DNA of 64,000 nucleotides from Emiliania huxleyi CCMP1516 (GCF_000372725.1 NW_005201391.1:236736-300735); one strand, 5' to 3'. Numbered from the stretch's first letter, positions 47,801 through 59,769 are shown. The notes: a model not told the origin generated them from the letters alone. Numbers and translations: made by a program.

Positions 47801-50485
47801 CCTCGAGCATGGCCGAGGAGGTGCTGGACTGCGTCGGGTACGCGCGGTACGTGACCGTTGAGCTCGACATACTACATCTTCGGAGCCGGCAACTTAATCA
47901 ACGGCGTCACGGTCCACAGCAGCGCCCAATACGCAGCCGGTAACCAAGGCGCCACCGGCTCCTGGGGAGCGCAGAGCGCCACCGCGAACCCGTTCGCCGA
48001 GATTGACCTCGGAGAGGCGAAGAGCGTCGGCAGCGTCACGCTCTACCCAACCCACGCCTTCGGCTCGGGCTCCGGGTACTCTAAGGGCGCTTTTGAGGTG
48101 TGGATCGGTGACACCGCCTCGTACCTGAACGTCCCCAAAATTGATGCAACCTCAGCTACCATGAGCTCCACATTTTACACGCACGGTGCTGGAAACCTGA
48201 TCAACGGCGTCACGAGCACCTCCTGTACGTCCCCCTCCGCATCAGGTTGCCCAGGGTCCACGGGTTCGTGGAGCTCGTATACGTCGGAGACAGACCCATT
48301 TGCTCAACTCGACCTCGGCGCGCTGAGCGACATCGGTTACATCGTGTTCAATGCCAGATCGACTTTTGGCACCGACGCCACAATCACAGGACCGTACGAG
48401 GTCTGGCTCAGTGACACGGCCACGTGGACTTCCTCTGGCTCCCGCTGCAACCTTGGCGACTTTCCGTCATCGGGAACTTCCCTCACAATCGACTGTGTGG
48501 GGACTGCGCAGTACGTCACCTTCATTCTGCCCGGAGCGAGCCGCAGGTTCCAGGCGCAGGAGTTGTCAGCTTACGGTCCGGTGCCGACCACTCCTGCAAC
48601 AACAGGCAGGCTTTGTAATGTGGGCGACCAGTCCGACGCGTCTGGCTCGTCGCTCACGGTCGGCTGCGTCGGAACCGGGCGCTACGTGTCAATCATGATG
48701 CCCGGGAGCAGCCGATATGTGGATTTTGTCGAGATCGAGGTGCACCCATGCCCCTTCGACCCCTCGCCGCCCCCACCGGCACCGCCTGGCGCGCCGCCGC
48801 CACTTACCCCACCTCTGAGCCCGCCCTCCTGGCCGCCGTTCCCGCCGAGCTGCCCGCCCTCGGACGTGGCGTACACCGCCACGGGTGCTACCATGAGCTC
48901 GACATTCTACATCTTCGGAGCCGGCAACTTAATCAACGGCGTCACGGTCCACAGCGGCGCCCAATACGCAGCCGGTAACCAAGGCGCCACCGGCTCCTGG
49001 GGAGGGCAGAGCGCCACCGCGAACCCGTTCGCCGAGATTGACCTCGGAGAGGCGAAGAGCGTCGGCAGCGTCACGCTCTACCCAACCCACGCCTTCGGCT
49101 CGGGCTCCGGGTACTCTAAGGGCGCCTTCGAGATCTGGCTCGGCGACTCGGAGACGACCGACAACACTGCGGCGAGCGATCGAGCCGCCTTCGACGCGCA
49201 CGTCGGCCGCAGCTTCAACGGAAGGCACTGCTGGGCGGGCGACCAGTCCGACGCGTCTGGCTCGTCGCTCACGGTCGACTGCGTCGGAACCGGGCGTTAC
49301 GTGACGATCATCATGCCCGGGAGCAGCCGATATGTGGATTTTGTCGAGATCGAGGTGCACCCATGCCCCTTCGACCCCTCACCGCCCCCACCGGCACCGC
49401 CTGGCGCGCCGCCGTCTGGACCTCCGCCGTCGCTACCGCCGCCGTCTGCACCGCCCTCGTCGCCACCTCGCAGCCCGCCCTCCTGGCCGCCGTTCCCGCC
49501 GAGCTGCCCGCCCTCGGACGTGGCGTACACCGCCACGGGTGCTGCCATGAGCTCGACATACTACATCTTCGGAGCCGGCAACTTAATCAACGGCGTCACG
49601 GTCCACAGCAGCGCCCAATACGCAGCCGGTAACCAAGGCGCCACCGGCTCCTGGGGAGCGCAGAGCGCCACCGCGAACCCGTTCGCCGAGATTGACCTCG
49701 GAGAGGCGAAGAGCGTCGGCAGCGTCACGCTCTACCCAACCCACGCCTTCGGCTCGGGCTCCGGGTACTCTAAGGGCGCTTTTGAGGTGTGGATCGGTGA
49801 CACCGCCTCGTACCTGAACGTCCCCAAAATTGATGCAACCTCAGCTACCATGAGCTCCACATTTTACACGCACGGTGCTGGAAACCTGATCAACGGCGTC
49901 ACGAGCACCTCCTGTACGTCCCCCTCCGCATCAGGTTGCCCAGGGTCCACGGGTTCGTGGAGCTCGTATACGTCGGAGACAGACCCATTTGCTCAACTCG
50001 ACCTCGGCGCGCTGAGCGACATCGGTTACATCGTGTTCAATGCCAGATCGACTTTTGGCACCGACGCCACAATCACAGGACCGTACGAGGTCTGGCTCAG
50101 TGACACGGCCACGTGGACTTCCTCTGGCTCCCGCTGCAACCTTGGCGACTTTCCGTCATCGGGAACTTCCCTCACAATCGACTGTGTGGGGACTGCGCAG
50201 TACGTCACCTTCATTCTGCCCGGAGCGAGCCGCAGGTTCCAGGCGCAGGAGTTGTCAGCTTACGGTCCGGTGCCGACCACTCCTGCAACAACAGGCAGGC
50301 TTTGTAATGTGGGCGACCAGTCCGACGCGTCTGGCTCGTCGCTCACGGTCGACTGCGTCGGAACCGGGCGCTACGTGTCAATCATGATGCCCGGGAGCAG
50401 CCGATATGTGGATTTTGTCGAGATCGAGGTGCACCCATGCCCCTTCGACCCCTCGCCGCCCCCACCGGCACCGCGATGGCCGTAG
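44875..50485 (+). CDS. Giant putative secreted protein: vWD/root-cap-like domain, Asp-rich repeats, multiple F5/8-type-C/galactose-binding-like domains; frame break near 47858
   Basis: RDPHLHFAHGGRADFRG domain paralogous to the 4398 gene, 6 x 59-aa acidic repeats, and repeated NPF(V/A)E(V/I)DLG...FEVW...C.G.GRYV modules separated by Pro-rich linkers. Confidence 0.8.
45772..46826. repeat. 177-bp coding tandem repeat x6, thrombospondin type-3-like DxDxDG motifs
   Basis: Unit DSDGAPDAEEGTGDADSDGIPDAEESNTSDADSDGATDNVDPDADGDSIPDAEEDTSDA; copies almost identical at the DNA level. Confidence 0.97.
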
Positions 50486-50987
50486 CCCAGCTCGAGAGAC
50501 AAAGCCGGTGTACGCAGTGAGTGGCCGCCGCGCCAGCGCGGGCGAGCGCCGCCAGCGCAGGCGTGCGACGCCAGCGCGGCAAGCGCTGCCACGTCGCGGC
50601 GCGTGGATGCCCTCTCGTTCCCGTTTGTGCGCCTCTTCCACCTCCTGCCAGCTCAAATCTACATGCATGTCTCTCTCTCTCTCTCTGCATGTGCATGTGT
50701 GAGTGTGCGTGTTTCCCTCTACTTTTGGAATACAAGTTGGAACGTGGGGAAAAAGCTAAAGTCCCAAACGCAAGCCCTACCTGTGCGCTATACACCCGCC
50801 CCCCTGACTGACGACGAGACATGTGCATGCACATGCACATGCACATGCACATGCGCATGTGCATGTGCATGTGCATGTTATCCCAAAACACGACAAAAAA
50901 CTCCCCAAAAAGCGCCACTCGAATCTCGAAACTCCAGTCTCCACACACAGCAGTCTCTGCCGGGACGCGGGAGGCTCTCTCAGGTCT

Positions 50988-53440
50988 CTAGAGCCTCGCC
51001 TTTGCGGCGCACGCTCGCTCGAAGCCTCCCTGCGCCGAGAAGCGCGCCTCGACCGCCCGTGCGAACGCGCGGAGCGGGCAGAGCTCCAAACCAGGGCTGC
51101 ACCCTGGCAGAGGCTGCGGCACGCCGTTGAAGAGCGCGCGCACCACCTGTTCACAGCTGCACCGTGAAGAGACGCTGCTCACGCCACGGTGCGCCGTCGA
51201 CGAGAGCGCGCGCAAACCAGCGCGGGCGACCGCCCCTCGTCGCGCCTCACCGGCGCCCACACCTCAAACACCACCCGCGACGCGTACGGCGGCCATCCGC
51301 ACCGCTCACTCTCGCCGGTGGCGTCGAGGGCGGCCAGGAGCTGCGCTACCACTGTGTCGTGCCCCGACAGCAGCGTCAGCCTCGCCCCGCTCCCCTCCGC
51401 CGCCGCCTGCGCCCGACATGGCCCGAGATGGACCGAGGTGGCCCGAGGTGGCCCGAGGCGACCCGAGATTGCCCGAGATTGCCCGAGATTGTCCGCCCCC
51501 CGCCTGCAGACGGCTCGTGATCTCGAGCAGCAGTGGGTGCATCGCCAACCGCGACGCCTCCCGCCCGCCCGCCCGCCCGCCGTACCTTGCGCAGTAGGCG
51601 CTGTCTCCCGAGATGACCCGAGATGACCCGAGATGACCCGAGATGACCCGAGATGACCCGAGATGACCCGAGATGACCCGAGATGACCCGAGATGACCCG
51701 AGATCGCCCGAGATGACCCTAGATCGCCCGAGATCACCCGAGATTCACCCGAGCTCTTGCCCGAGATCGCCCGAGATGACCGAGATGACCCGAAATTGCC
51801 GCACCGCGCGCAGTAGGCGCTGTCTCCCATCAGGCGGAAGGAGGCCGCCAGGGCCGCACTCACGCATCCGCCCTGCGCCGAGCAAGGGGGGGAGGAGAGG
51901 TGAAGGCGAGGGAGAGGGGAAGGGGGGGGACACACACACACAACGGTCGGTGTGCGTGTGTGAGTACAGAAAAGAAACACGGCGCGCCTGCGAGCAAGGC
52001 CGCGGCATCCCGTGGCACGAGAGCGAGTGAAGCGCGTCGGCGACGTGAGTCGGCGGCATCGCCCGCGCCTCCTCCCCGAGTAAGCCTCCAAGTTCGTCCC
52101 TCGCGCCGTCGTCCCCCCGCCACGCCGCCTGCTGAGCAACACGTCGAGATTGGCCGAGATCAGCCCAGGTTAGCCGAGGCTGCCCCACCACGCCGCCTGC
52201 TGAGCCCGCGCCATGCTGCCTGCCAGGGCGCATGCGCCCTGCCGCTCCGTCTCGCCACCGCCGTCCTCGCTGCCGACCTTGGAGGAGGAGGCGAGGCCGA
52301 CGCCGTGCATCACCTCCGCCGCCTCGTCCGCGCGCTGAGGGCGAGGGCACAGCCCGTCCGTCAGCCTCTCTCCCCACTCCCCTGCGCTAGGCGCTGCGGC
52401 GCCTTGGGAGTCCCGAGTCCTGACCGCGTATGCCGTGTGCGTCGGCGGCGGGCTCTGGGCGTGGAGGGGCAAGCGAGTGTGTGTCGGGAGAGAGAGGGGT
52501 GTGGTGGACAGCTGGCGGTGGAGGGAGGACCACCGTGTGTATGCGCGTCGGCGGAGCGAGTGGAGGGCGGAGGGTCGGCGGCAGGAGGCCGTAGAGGAAG
52601 GCTGCCGCCGACCTGTTCACAGCTTGCGCCGTGAAGAGGCGCCGTGTCACAGAGTCGGAAGCAGAGAGCTGCCGCTCACATCTGAGTGCGCGTGTAGTCG
52701 GTGGAGCGCACATACACACCGACGCGCGAGCTGTTGGCGCGCCTCGATCCCGAGATCAGCCGAGATCAGCCGAGATCAGCCGAGATTCCCCAGTGTGGGT
52801 GTCGGCGCGCCTCTCCGCCGCAGCCTGTCGGAGCAGTGGCGCAAAGGAGCGGCCGAGGTGCCTTGGAGCAGCGTGGGAGTGATTAGTGCGGTACACTCGG
52901 CGGCGGGGGCTGGCATAGCAATTTTCGGACCCAACAGCGTGTCATTCGGTGTGAGGCTCGTGCACTGCTGTCCGGACGCATCGGGCATCTGTCAACGGCG
53001 TGCCTGCCGAGCGCCACGTGCTGCGCAAAGCCGCGCGGCGTGAGCTGGCCGGGAGCGCAGTCGCCGTGCCGGCCGGGAAGCGTCTTTGGCAGCAGAGGGC
53101 GGTAGAAAGGGCTGCCGTCCAGGCCGACCACCGCCACCTGCGCCGCTGCCTGCTTCTGCTCGCTACCGACCGGCCGGCACATCCAGCGAGCAGTCGTGTT
53201 CGTGTTGGGAAGCGAGTGGATCGACGAGCGGTCGCCGTGCCGAATCGTGACGAGCACGCCGACGAGCTTCAGGCCGTCTGCTGTGACCTTGCCCTCCGAA
53301 CCCTGAGGCGGAGCTCCGCAGTACGCCTCGAGGGCTGCCGAGCCGCCGGGACTGGTCGCGAGGACGAAACGCCGCTGCTCCCGCAGGAGCAGCAGAGCGG
53401 TGCACGCGAAGGCCAGCAGCAGCGCGAGCGTGCGTTGCAT
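50988..53440 (-). CDS. Histidine acid phosphatase (branch 2) with signal/anchor, multi-exon
   Basis: VLVTIRHGDRS catalytic motif, GQLTPRGFAQHVALG, LLSGHDT, and C-terminal VRALFNG...CPLRAF. Confidence 0.9.
51608..51793. repeat. (CCGAGATGAC)n intronic decamer array
   Basis: About 18 units, perfect at first and then degenerate. Confidence 0.97.
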
Positions 53441-53598
53441 GAGACGATGTGTGCGATACGACGGCCGAGTGTGCGCGCGCAGCTTGTTTCTTTTTTACAA
53501 AGTTGTTTAAAGGAGAGCCCGCGAGTCAGAGAAAAGAAAAATCCGCCCCAAGCTGCACGCGAACACGGCTCGGGTCGAGGACGACAGCAACGTGCAGG

Positions 53599-54212
53599 AT
53601 GAAGTTGCTCTCGATCAACGCTCTCACGCTATGCACTCGTGAGCGCCCATCTGCTAGCACACGTGCCGGCACCCCGGCACACCATATGTCGGTGTCTGCT
53701 AGGAGTATCAACACTGCTCTCGTGCCGCGGGGACGCGTCAAGCCCGCCCTGCCTCAGGCGACATGCGGAGGAGCTGCGGCTTCTACTCCAAACTCGGGCT
53801 GACGGCGACGTTTGGCGGGCCAGACGCCGAATTCACAACCTTCTCGGCCGAAGCACCCGTCACGGCGGCGACGAATCGGCTGCACGTCAACCTTGTCCAC
53901 GCGCCTGCCTACCTCCCGCCTCCGCCGCAGCGGGGCGTGCCTGGAGGATGGGGCAGGGCCGTCATCTTTGTGGACGACGTGGATAGTCTGCAGGCACGGC
54001 TCGTGGCGGCCGGCTTGGACGCGCCCTGTCCACGCGACGCTCCGTGGGGAGAGCGCTGCTTCCACGTGAAGGACCCGGATGGGCACGAGCTCTCGTTTGC
54101 GACGCCCGACTACGCGCACCCGCGCTGGGACCCGGCGACGCAGAGGGACGAGAGCGCGCTGACGGGCGCGCTGGACGAGCTGCTGGGAGCCGAGCAAGCT
54201 GGCGAGCGCTGA
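53599..54212 (+). CDS. Glyoxalase/bleomycin-resistance (VOC) family protein
   Basis: GT-AG intron 53639-53757 gives INALTLCTR|DMRRSCGFYSKLG...IFVDDVD...PRDAPWGERCFHVKDPDGHELSF. Confidence 0.92.
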
Positions 54213-54407
54213 GAGGTGTGTTTTCGTATCTCATTATCTCTCTGTGTGTGAGAGGGAGTTGTCGCGGTTTATGTGTACATACGGCTCAGAGGTTGCTACA
54301 TTCCATATTGTGTCAGTCTTGCTGCGGTAACTGTGAGAGCTTCCGCCGCCGGCGGGGCGAGGCGAGGTAGAGAACGCCAGACAACGCGCACTCTGCACAG
54401 TCTGGCG

Positions 54408-54959
54408 CATAGCGGTCTGAGGGTTAGGTATTGGTTTCTGGAGCCTCGAGTGCTTTTACGCTTTTGATCGGGTCAGGGGAGAGTGCGACTTTTACCACTT
54501 TGGTCGTCTCGGAGCGCCCAACTTTTAGCATGTTTCAAAAATTTCTTCGGCGCTGCGCGCCGGGTGCAGCAAGTACTAACTAGCTATCGTCCCGCAACGG
54601 CAAGTAGTTCCCGCACACTATGGCTAAAAAAATGCTGCCGCTCGCCCCTCGAAAGCGCCCGCCGGTGTGTGTCCAAACATGTAGCGCTACAAGTTTGTGA
54701 CACATAAGGACGCATCCTCCCACAACACTTCACCCGCTGGCTTGGTTGCAGCTGCCGACCATCTGCCGGCTTGGGGGGGCTAGTGGCATTCGCCGGAGAG
54801 TAGAATGTCCAAAATTTTCGCGCGCCTGCGGCGGCGCGACTTTTACCATTTTGCCCCGGGCGGGCCCACTTTTGTCGTTTTGCCCCAAATCTACGGCTAG
54901 CCGTGCTTTTAGCGTTTTGACCCAAATCGGCCGAACTTTTAGGATACCCTCAGACTATG
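54408..54959. mobile_element. MITE, P-element-like, copy 2; inverted relative to 17451-17867
   Basis: 8-bp TSD GTCTGGCG at 54400-54407 and 54960-54967. Ends CATAG(CG)GTCTGAGGGT / ACCCTCAGACTATG. Body is the reverse-complement homologue of copy 1 with about 135 bp extra. Confidence 0.92.
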
Positions 54960-56897
54960 GTCTGGCGCGAGACCGAGAGACCAAATTCGGCATTCCTTCC
55001 CATTCATCCGCTTTCGGTTAGTGCATGGCAAAGTTTCTCCTTGAGCTGGTTCCGTTCCTGAGGGCGCGGTGTTAGGCCCTCGACTCTCGGCTTTGACCAC
55101 TAGCAGGGGTGGGCGCCACAGAGTAGGTACGTGTCGAAACACCACTCTAGTCTACGGGCAAAGTGCGCCGCCCACCTGCTGACTGCTCGCCGTTGCCGCT
55201 TGCACTAGCGCCGCGTCGACCACCGCGTCGGATGCGGCTGTCAATTCGGAGACCAGAAAGATGCCACGGCCGAACGAGAGCTCTTGACCTTTAGACAACG
55301 AGAGTCCCACTCTCGCAGTCATCCGCCAGTTCGGAGTGTGGGCTCGTAGAAGGCAGTTTGAGCGCTTCGGAACGCTAGGGCGGGTGCGAGTGGCACCTAT
55401 ACGAGCCCATAGCGCCGCGGCGCCAAGCCGGGCTCCGATGGCCTGAGCGGGAGAAGAGAGAGAGGGGGGGGCAAGTCGCCCTTGGGACGACGATTGGGGG
55501 CAGGGAAGGAGCGTACACCCTCACCTTGCACAGATCAGCCGTCGTCGCCGAGTCACTCGCCGTCGCCATTCTGTCCAGCCCGAAGGAGTCGCAGCACCTG
55601 ATGGCGTTGGTTGCGCCCATTCCGAGTGGCTTTTGGGCCTTCAGAGGCGTTCGGTTCCGGGGTGGGGCACATCGTAGAAAAGAGAGGAGCTGCGTCGATG
55701 CCACGGCGCCTTCTCCTATTCGTCCACCATGGCATCGGTGTGCAGCTCTCCTCTCGCCCACTGCGTCGAGAGAGGCTCCTCCTCGTCTCTCTTCTGGATG
55801 GAACGCCACACGAAGCCTTCGCGCCGTCTCGCTCCGGTGTGAGGCTATCTCCTGGCCGCCACGTCCGCGGGAGGCCCCGCCGCTTGACCGTGCCCCAGTC
55901 GGCCTGCGTCTGCGCCGCCTTGTTCGCATGATAGCTGCGTAACCTCGCCCTGTAGAAGCTTGCAAAGGCTGCACCGCCGAGGGCGAGGGTGGAGCCGTTC
56001 CCGAGAGCCACGCTCGTGGCGTCACGCTTTGCAGCAATCGAGGCGGAGACGAGCTCGAGCGTTTGGGTCCAGCCCTGGGGGAGTTTATAGATTGATCGAT
56101 GAGTAGGCTTCCATCCGCAAGCTGCGAATCTCAGGCTGCAGTCTGCTAAGCTTGCAGGCACGCCTGCTCGTGTACCCTCAAGGAGACGATGGCTGCGGAC
56201 TCAAGCTCCGCCGCAATGGCGTAATTGAGCCCATCTTCGACCTATGATGAAAGAGCCAGGTGCAGCAAAGTGCCTGCCATCGTCGACGGCTAGCGTTCTG
56301 CGCGCCACCTGCAACTCTGCCGACAAGACTCTCGTCACGTTGCCCGCCTCGGTCAGCTGGTCGCAGGCGCGCGAGCGACCACCGTTTCCGGCGCACGCCA
56401 CGCGCCTAAGAGCACCAAGGGAGAAGAGAGCGATGTGGTGGGGCTTGGACAACTTACCTGCGGCAACATGGCCTCGTGATTTAGTGACATTGTGCAAGAG
56501 TGGGAGCGCGTCTCCTCGCGATCGTGCGTCTGCCCTCACGATGCTCTGCCCTCACTCACGGGTGGAGCCGTGGGACCAGAGCTACGGCTGTGGTAGAGCA
56601 CCGAGGTCGTGGAGTATGCTCCAAGTGGAAGATTGCACGGCGGCGGCAGTCGCACGCACCGCCTTCCGTTCCGCATTGTCGCTGCGATAAACGCTCGTCT
56701 GAATGCCGGGCTGCCGCATCACAATGATCGCTGGCAGCGTGTGAGTGAGCGTCATTATTTGTGACTCCACTCACCACGCAGGTGGTCTTAAAGTGTATGT
56801 GCTTTGATCGATGGTGAAGTCTAGCCGCGAAACGCGTTTCCGAAACCCACGCTGCACCTGCGGGGCTGTTGAAGGCTTGCGTCCTGCAATGTACGCA

Positions 56898-57027
<130 letters not shown>

Positions 57028-57228
57028 GCGCGGTTGTTGGCACTAAGAAAGAGCACACAGAGGGAAAGCCTCACTCGGCCGGCAGGGTGACCACCAACCA
57101 TCCAACGAGACGCTGCATGCCCGCCGCTGCGCCGACCGACGGCTAGCTAGCTGGGGCGGGCGGGGCAGACCACCACCCATTTTATTCTTTGTCTCAAGGA
57201 AGGCGTGTGCAGCGTGCAGGTGGGCACG

Positions 57229-57238
57229 AAAAAAAAAA
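57229..57238 (-). terminator. RNA polymerase III oligo-T terminator of the tRNA
   Basis: T10 on the minus strand, 6 nt after the tRNA 3' end. Confidence 0.8.
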
Positions 57239-57244
57239 CAAAGA

Positions 57245-57327
57245 CGACCTTGACAGGGATCGAACCTGCACGCCCAGAGGGCACAAGCTTAGCAAGCCGG
57301 CGCGTATACCAATTTCGCCACAAGGTC
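57245..57327 (-). tRNA. tRNA-Ser(GCT), class II, with weak anticodon stem
   Basis: Acceptor stem GACCTTG/CAAGGTC with G73; D arm GCG-AAATTGGTATA-CGC; anticodon loop TTGCTAA; variable arm GCCC-TCT-GGGC; T arm GCAGG-TTCGATC-CCTGT. Confidence 0.88.
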
Positions 57328-57526
57328 ATTTGTTTGAGGGGCTCCAATGAATGCCTGTTTGGTTGCTGACCCTCTCCCTCGCACACGACTTATATTCAGC
57401 CCTCGCGCACCGTGCCCCGTACACTTGTGGCGGCTTCCGCTGCCTGGGTCCCGTGGTTTGGCCTTCCTTCGGACACGACCTGGACTCAACCGGTGGACGT
57501 CCCCCTCCTGCTCCTCCGCCTTCGCG

Positions 57527-59425
57527 ATGAGGAATTCCACGACGCCCGGCGAGAACGGCGCGCTCGAGCACTCCGACGCCGGCTCCCCGCTCGTCGCCCT
57601 CTTCTTCAAGCTCGTCCGCTCGCTGCCCGACGACTCTCTCGCCTCGCTGACCGCCGCCGTGCCCGCCGAGCCCGCCGAGCTCGCCGATCTGACGGTGCTC
57701 GCCTTCCAGACCCGCGCGACACGCGGTATGGGCAAGGGCGAGAAGGACCTCTTCTACAAGCTGCTCGCCGCCCTCCCCGTCGAGGCTGCGATGGCGACGC
57801 TCCACCTCGTGCCGCACTTTGGCTACTGGAAGGACTACCTGCTCATGCAGGGCGTCGCTGGGATCGACGCGGCGGTCAAGGACAAGGCGCTGTCGCTCCT
57901 CGCCGACCAGCTGCTCAAGGACGCGGCCGAGATCGAGGCGGCCGAGAAGGAGGCGCGCACCCCGAACCTCACCCTGGCCGGCAAGTACGCGCCCCGCGAG
58001 GGCTCCGCCTTTGACGGCCTCGCCAAGCGGCTCTCCAGATGCCTGTTTGGGAGCAAGAACGACGCGGCGTCGGCGCGCAAGTACCGCAAGCTCGTCGCCG
58101 CCCTCAACCGCGCCCTCCTCACCACCGAGGTGCTGATGGCGGCCAACCGCTGGTCGGAGATTGAGTTCGCGCGGCGCTCGTCCCTCTGCCTGCAGCGGTC
58201 GCGCAAGGCCTTCCTCAACGAGGCGCTCAAGGGCACGCTGATGGCGGCGCAGGAGGAGACGGGCAACCGCCACCCCGAGGACGAGCAGCGGGTGACGGCG
58301 CGGCGCAACCTGCGCAAGGCCCTCCTCGATAAGGGCGCCAAGGCCGTCAAGGGCAAGCAGCTGTATCCGCACGAGATCGCGCAAAAGTGCATGCGCGGCG
58401 GCCGTACCGAGCTGTCGACCCTCGAGGCGGACCTGATGCACGCGCAGTGGGAGGCGATGCGCGAGGGCGTCAAGGAGGCGATGGCGGCCGCGGCAAATGC
58501 GCGCGAGGCGGCGGTCGCCGAGGCGGCGGGGGAGGGTGCGCCGCTCGAGGCGGTGGCGGCGCTGCGGGCGGCGCTGCCCAAGCCGGTCGACCTCGGCAAG
58601 CTCGTGCCGCTGGTCGACGTGTCTGCGTCGATGACGGGGACGCCGATGGAGGCGGCCATCGGCCTCGGCCTGGTGGTTGCCGAGCTGTCCCACCCCGCCT
58701 TCCGCAACCGCGCCATCACCTTCGAGTCGAGCCCTCGTTGGGTGAACCTCGACGGCGCAGGCAAGGTGGCGTCCAAGGTGCGGGCGCTGCAGGGTGCCAG
58801 CTGGGGCGGCTCGACCGACTTTGAGTCGGCGTGCGAGCTGATCCTGGGCTGCGCGGAGAGCGCCCGCCTCAAGCCGGACGAGGTGCCCGACCTGATCGTC
58901 TTTTCCGACATGCAGTTCAACGAGGCGAGGGGCGCGCACAGCTGCATGTACGGCCGCTCCGGGCGCGTCGCGTCGTGGGAGACCCACCACGAGCGGCTGA
59001 CGCGGCGGTTCGCCGAGGTGGGGCGTGCGGTGTGCGGCGAGCCGTACGCCGCGCCGCGCATCATCTATTGGAACTTGCGCGGGAACACGGTGGGCTTCCC
59101 GGCGCAGGCCGACGCGCCCAACACGCAGCTGCTCTCCGGCTTCTCGCCGTCGCTCCTCAAGCTGGTCCTGGCGGGCAAGGACCTGGTGGGCGACGAGAAG
59201 CAGGTGCGGCTGCCCGACGGCACGGTCACGGTGGTGCGCGAGGGGCCGACGCCGGAGGAGACGGTGCGCGCCGCCCTCGACGACCCCGCCTTTGACGCGG
59301 TGCGGCTGGCGCTGGCGGGCGTGCAGGAGGGGCCGCTCGCGGGCTACTCGTTTGAGAAGGACGACGCGGTCGTGGTGGCGGACGCGCCGATGGCGGAGGA
59401 GTTTGAGTTGGAGAGTGAGTGTTAG
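57527..59425 (+). CDS. DUF2828-family protein (helical repeat plus vWA, Ro60/TROVE-like architecture)
   Basis: Intronless ORF with GENGA, GKGEKDLFY, FGYWKD, AGKYAPRE, MIDAS-like DVSASM, WGGSTDF, FSDMQF, IIYWNL and SGFSPSLLK. Confidence 0.88.
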   Translation: MRNSTTPGENGALEHSDAGSPLVALFFKLVRSLPDDSLASLTAAVPAEPAELADLTVLAFQTRATRGMGKGEKDLFYKLLAALPVEAAMATLHLVPHFGYWKDYLLMQGVAGIDAAVKDKALSLLADQLLKDAAEIEAAEKEARTPNLTLAGKYAPREGSAFDGLAKRLSRCLFGSKNDAASARKYRKLVAALNRALLTTEVLMAANRWSEIEFARRSSLCLQRSRKAFLNEALKGTLMAAQEETGNRHPEDEQRVTARRNLRKALLDKGAKAVKGKQLYPHEIAQKCMRGGRTELSTLEADLMHAQWEAMREGVKEAMAAAANAREAAVAEAAGEGAPLEAVAALRAALPKPVDLGKLVPLVDVSASMTGTPMEAAIGLGLVVAELSHPAFRNRAITFESSPRWVNLDGAGKVASKVRALQGASWGGSTDFESACELILGCAESARLKPDEVPDLIVFSDMQFNEARGAHSCMYGRSGRVASWETHHERLTRRFAEVGRAVCGEPYAAPRIIYWNLRGNTVGFPAQADAPNTQLLSGFSPSLLKLVLAGKDLVGDEKQVRLPDGTVTVVREGPTPEETVRAALDDPAFDAVRLALAGVQEGPLAGYSFEKDDAVVVADAPMAEEFELESEC

Positions 59426-59769
59426 CTTTGTTTGTGATGCCACACCACGGCACGCCATCTTAGAGATCTTTGCTCGGATTACTTTTCCCTCGAAGACATA
59501 CTAGTTTTTTTGTTGGTGTTCCGGTGCCTCTACAAAACTATCCGAGATCACATGGAGCTGACCACAGGGTTTGCGGCGATCACTGTCCTACCAGCGGGCA
59601 CAGAGTGGGGCCGCGGACACCCGTGAATGACCTTAATTCCAAGACGTCCGACCTATCCCACGCTCTCTCGCGTTTTTGCGTGAACGTGGGACTCAGCGTT
59701 GCATGTCTGACTAACTAGTCGATCTCTGTCTGTCTCCTCGTTCTCGAACACTGTCCGTGCGTGTGATGA

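Noticed and set aside
50819..50878. Palindromic (CATGCA)n/(TGCATG)n tract as a structured ncRNA
   Set aside because: A simple self-complementary microsatellite with no other RNA gene features.
55000..56760. Possible minus-strand gene
   Set aside because: Fragmentary ORFs with no recognisable motif or consistent splice model, so left unannotated.
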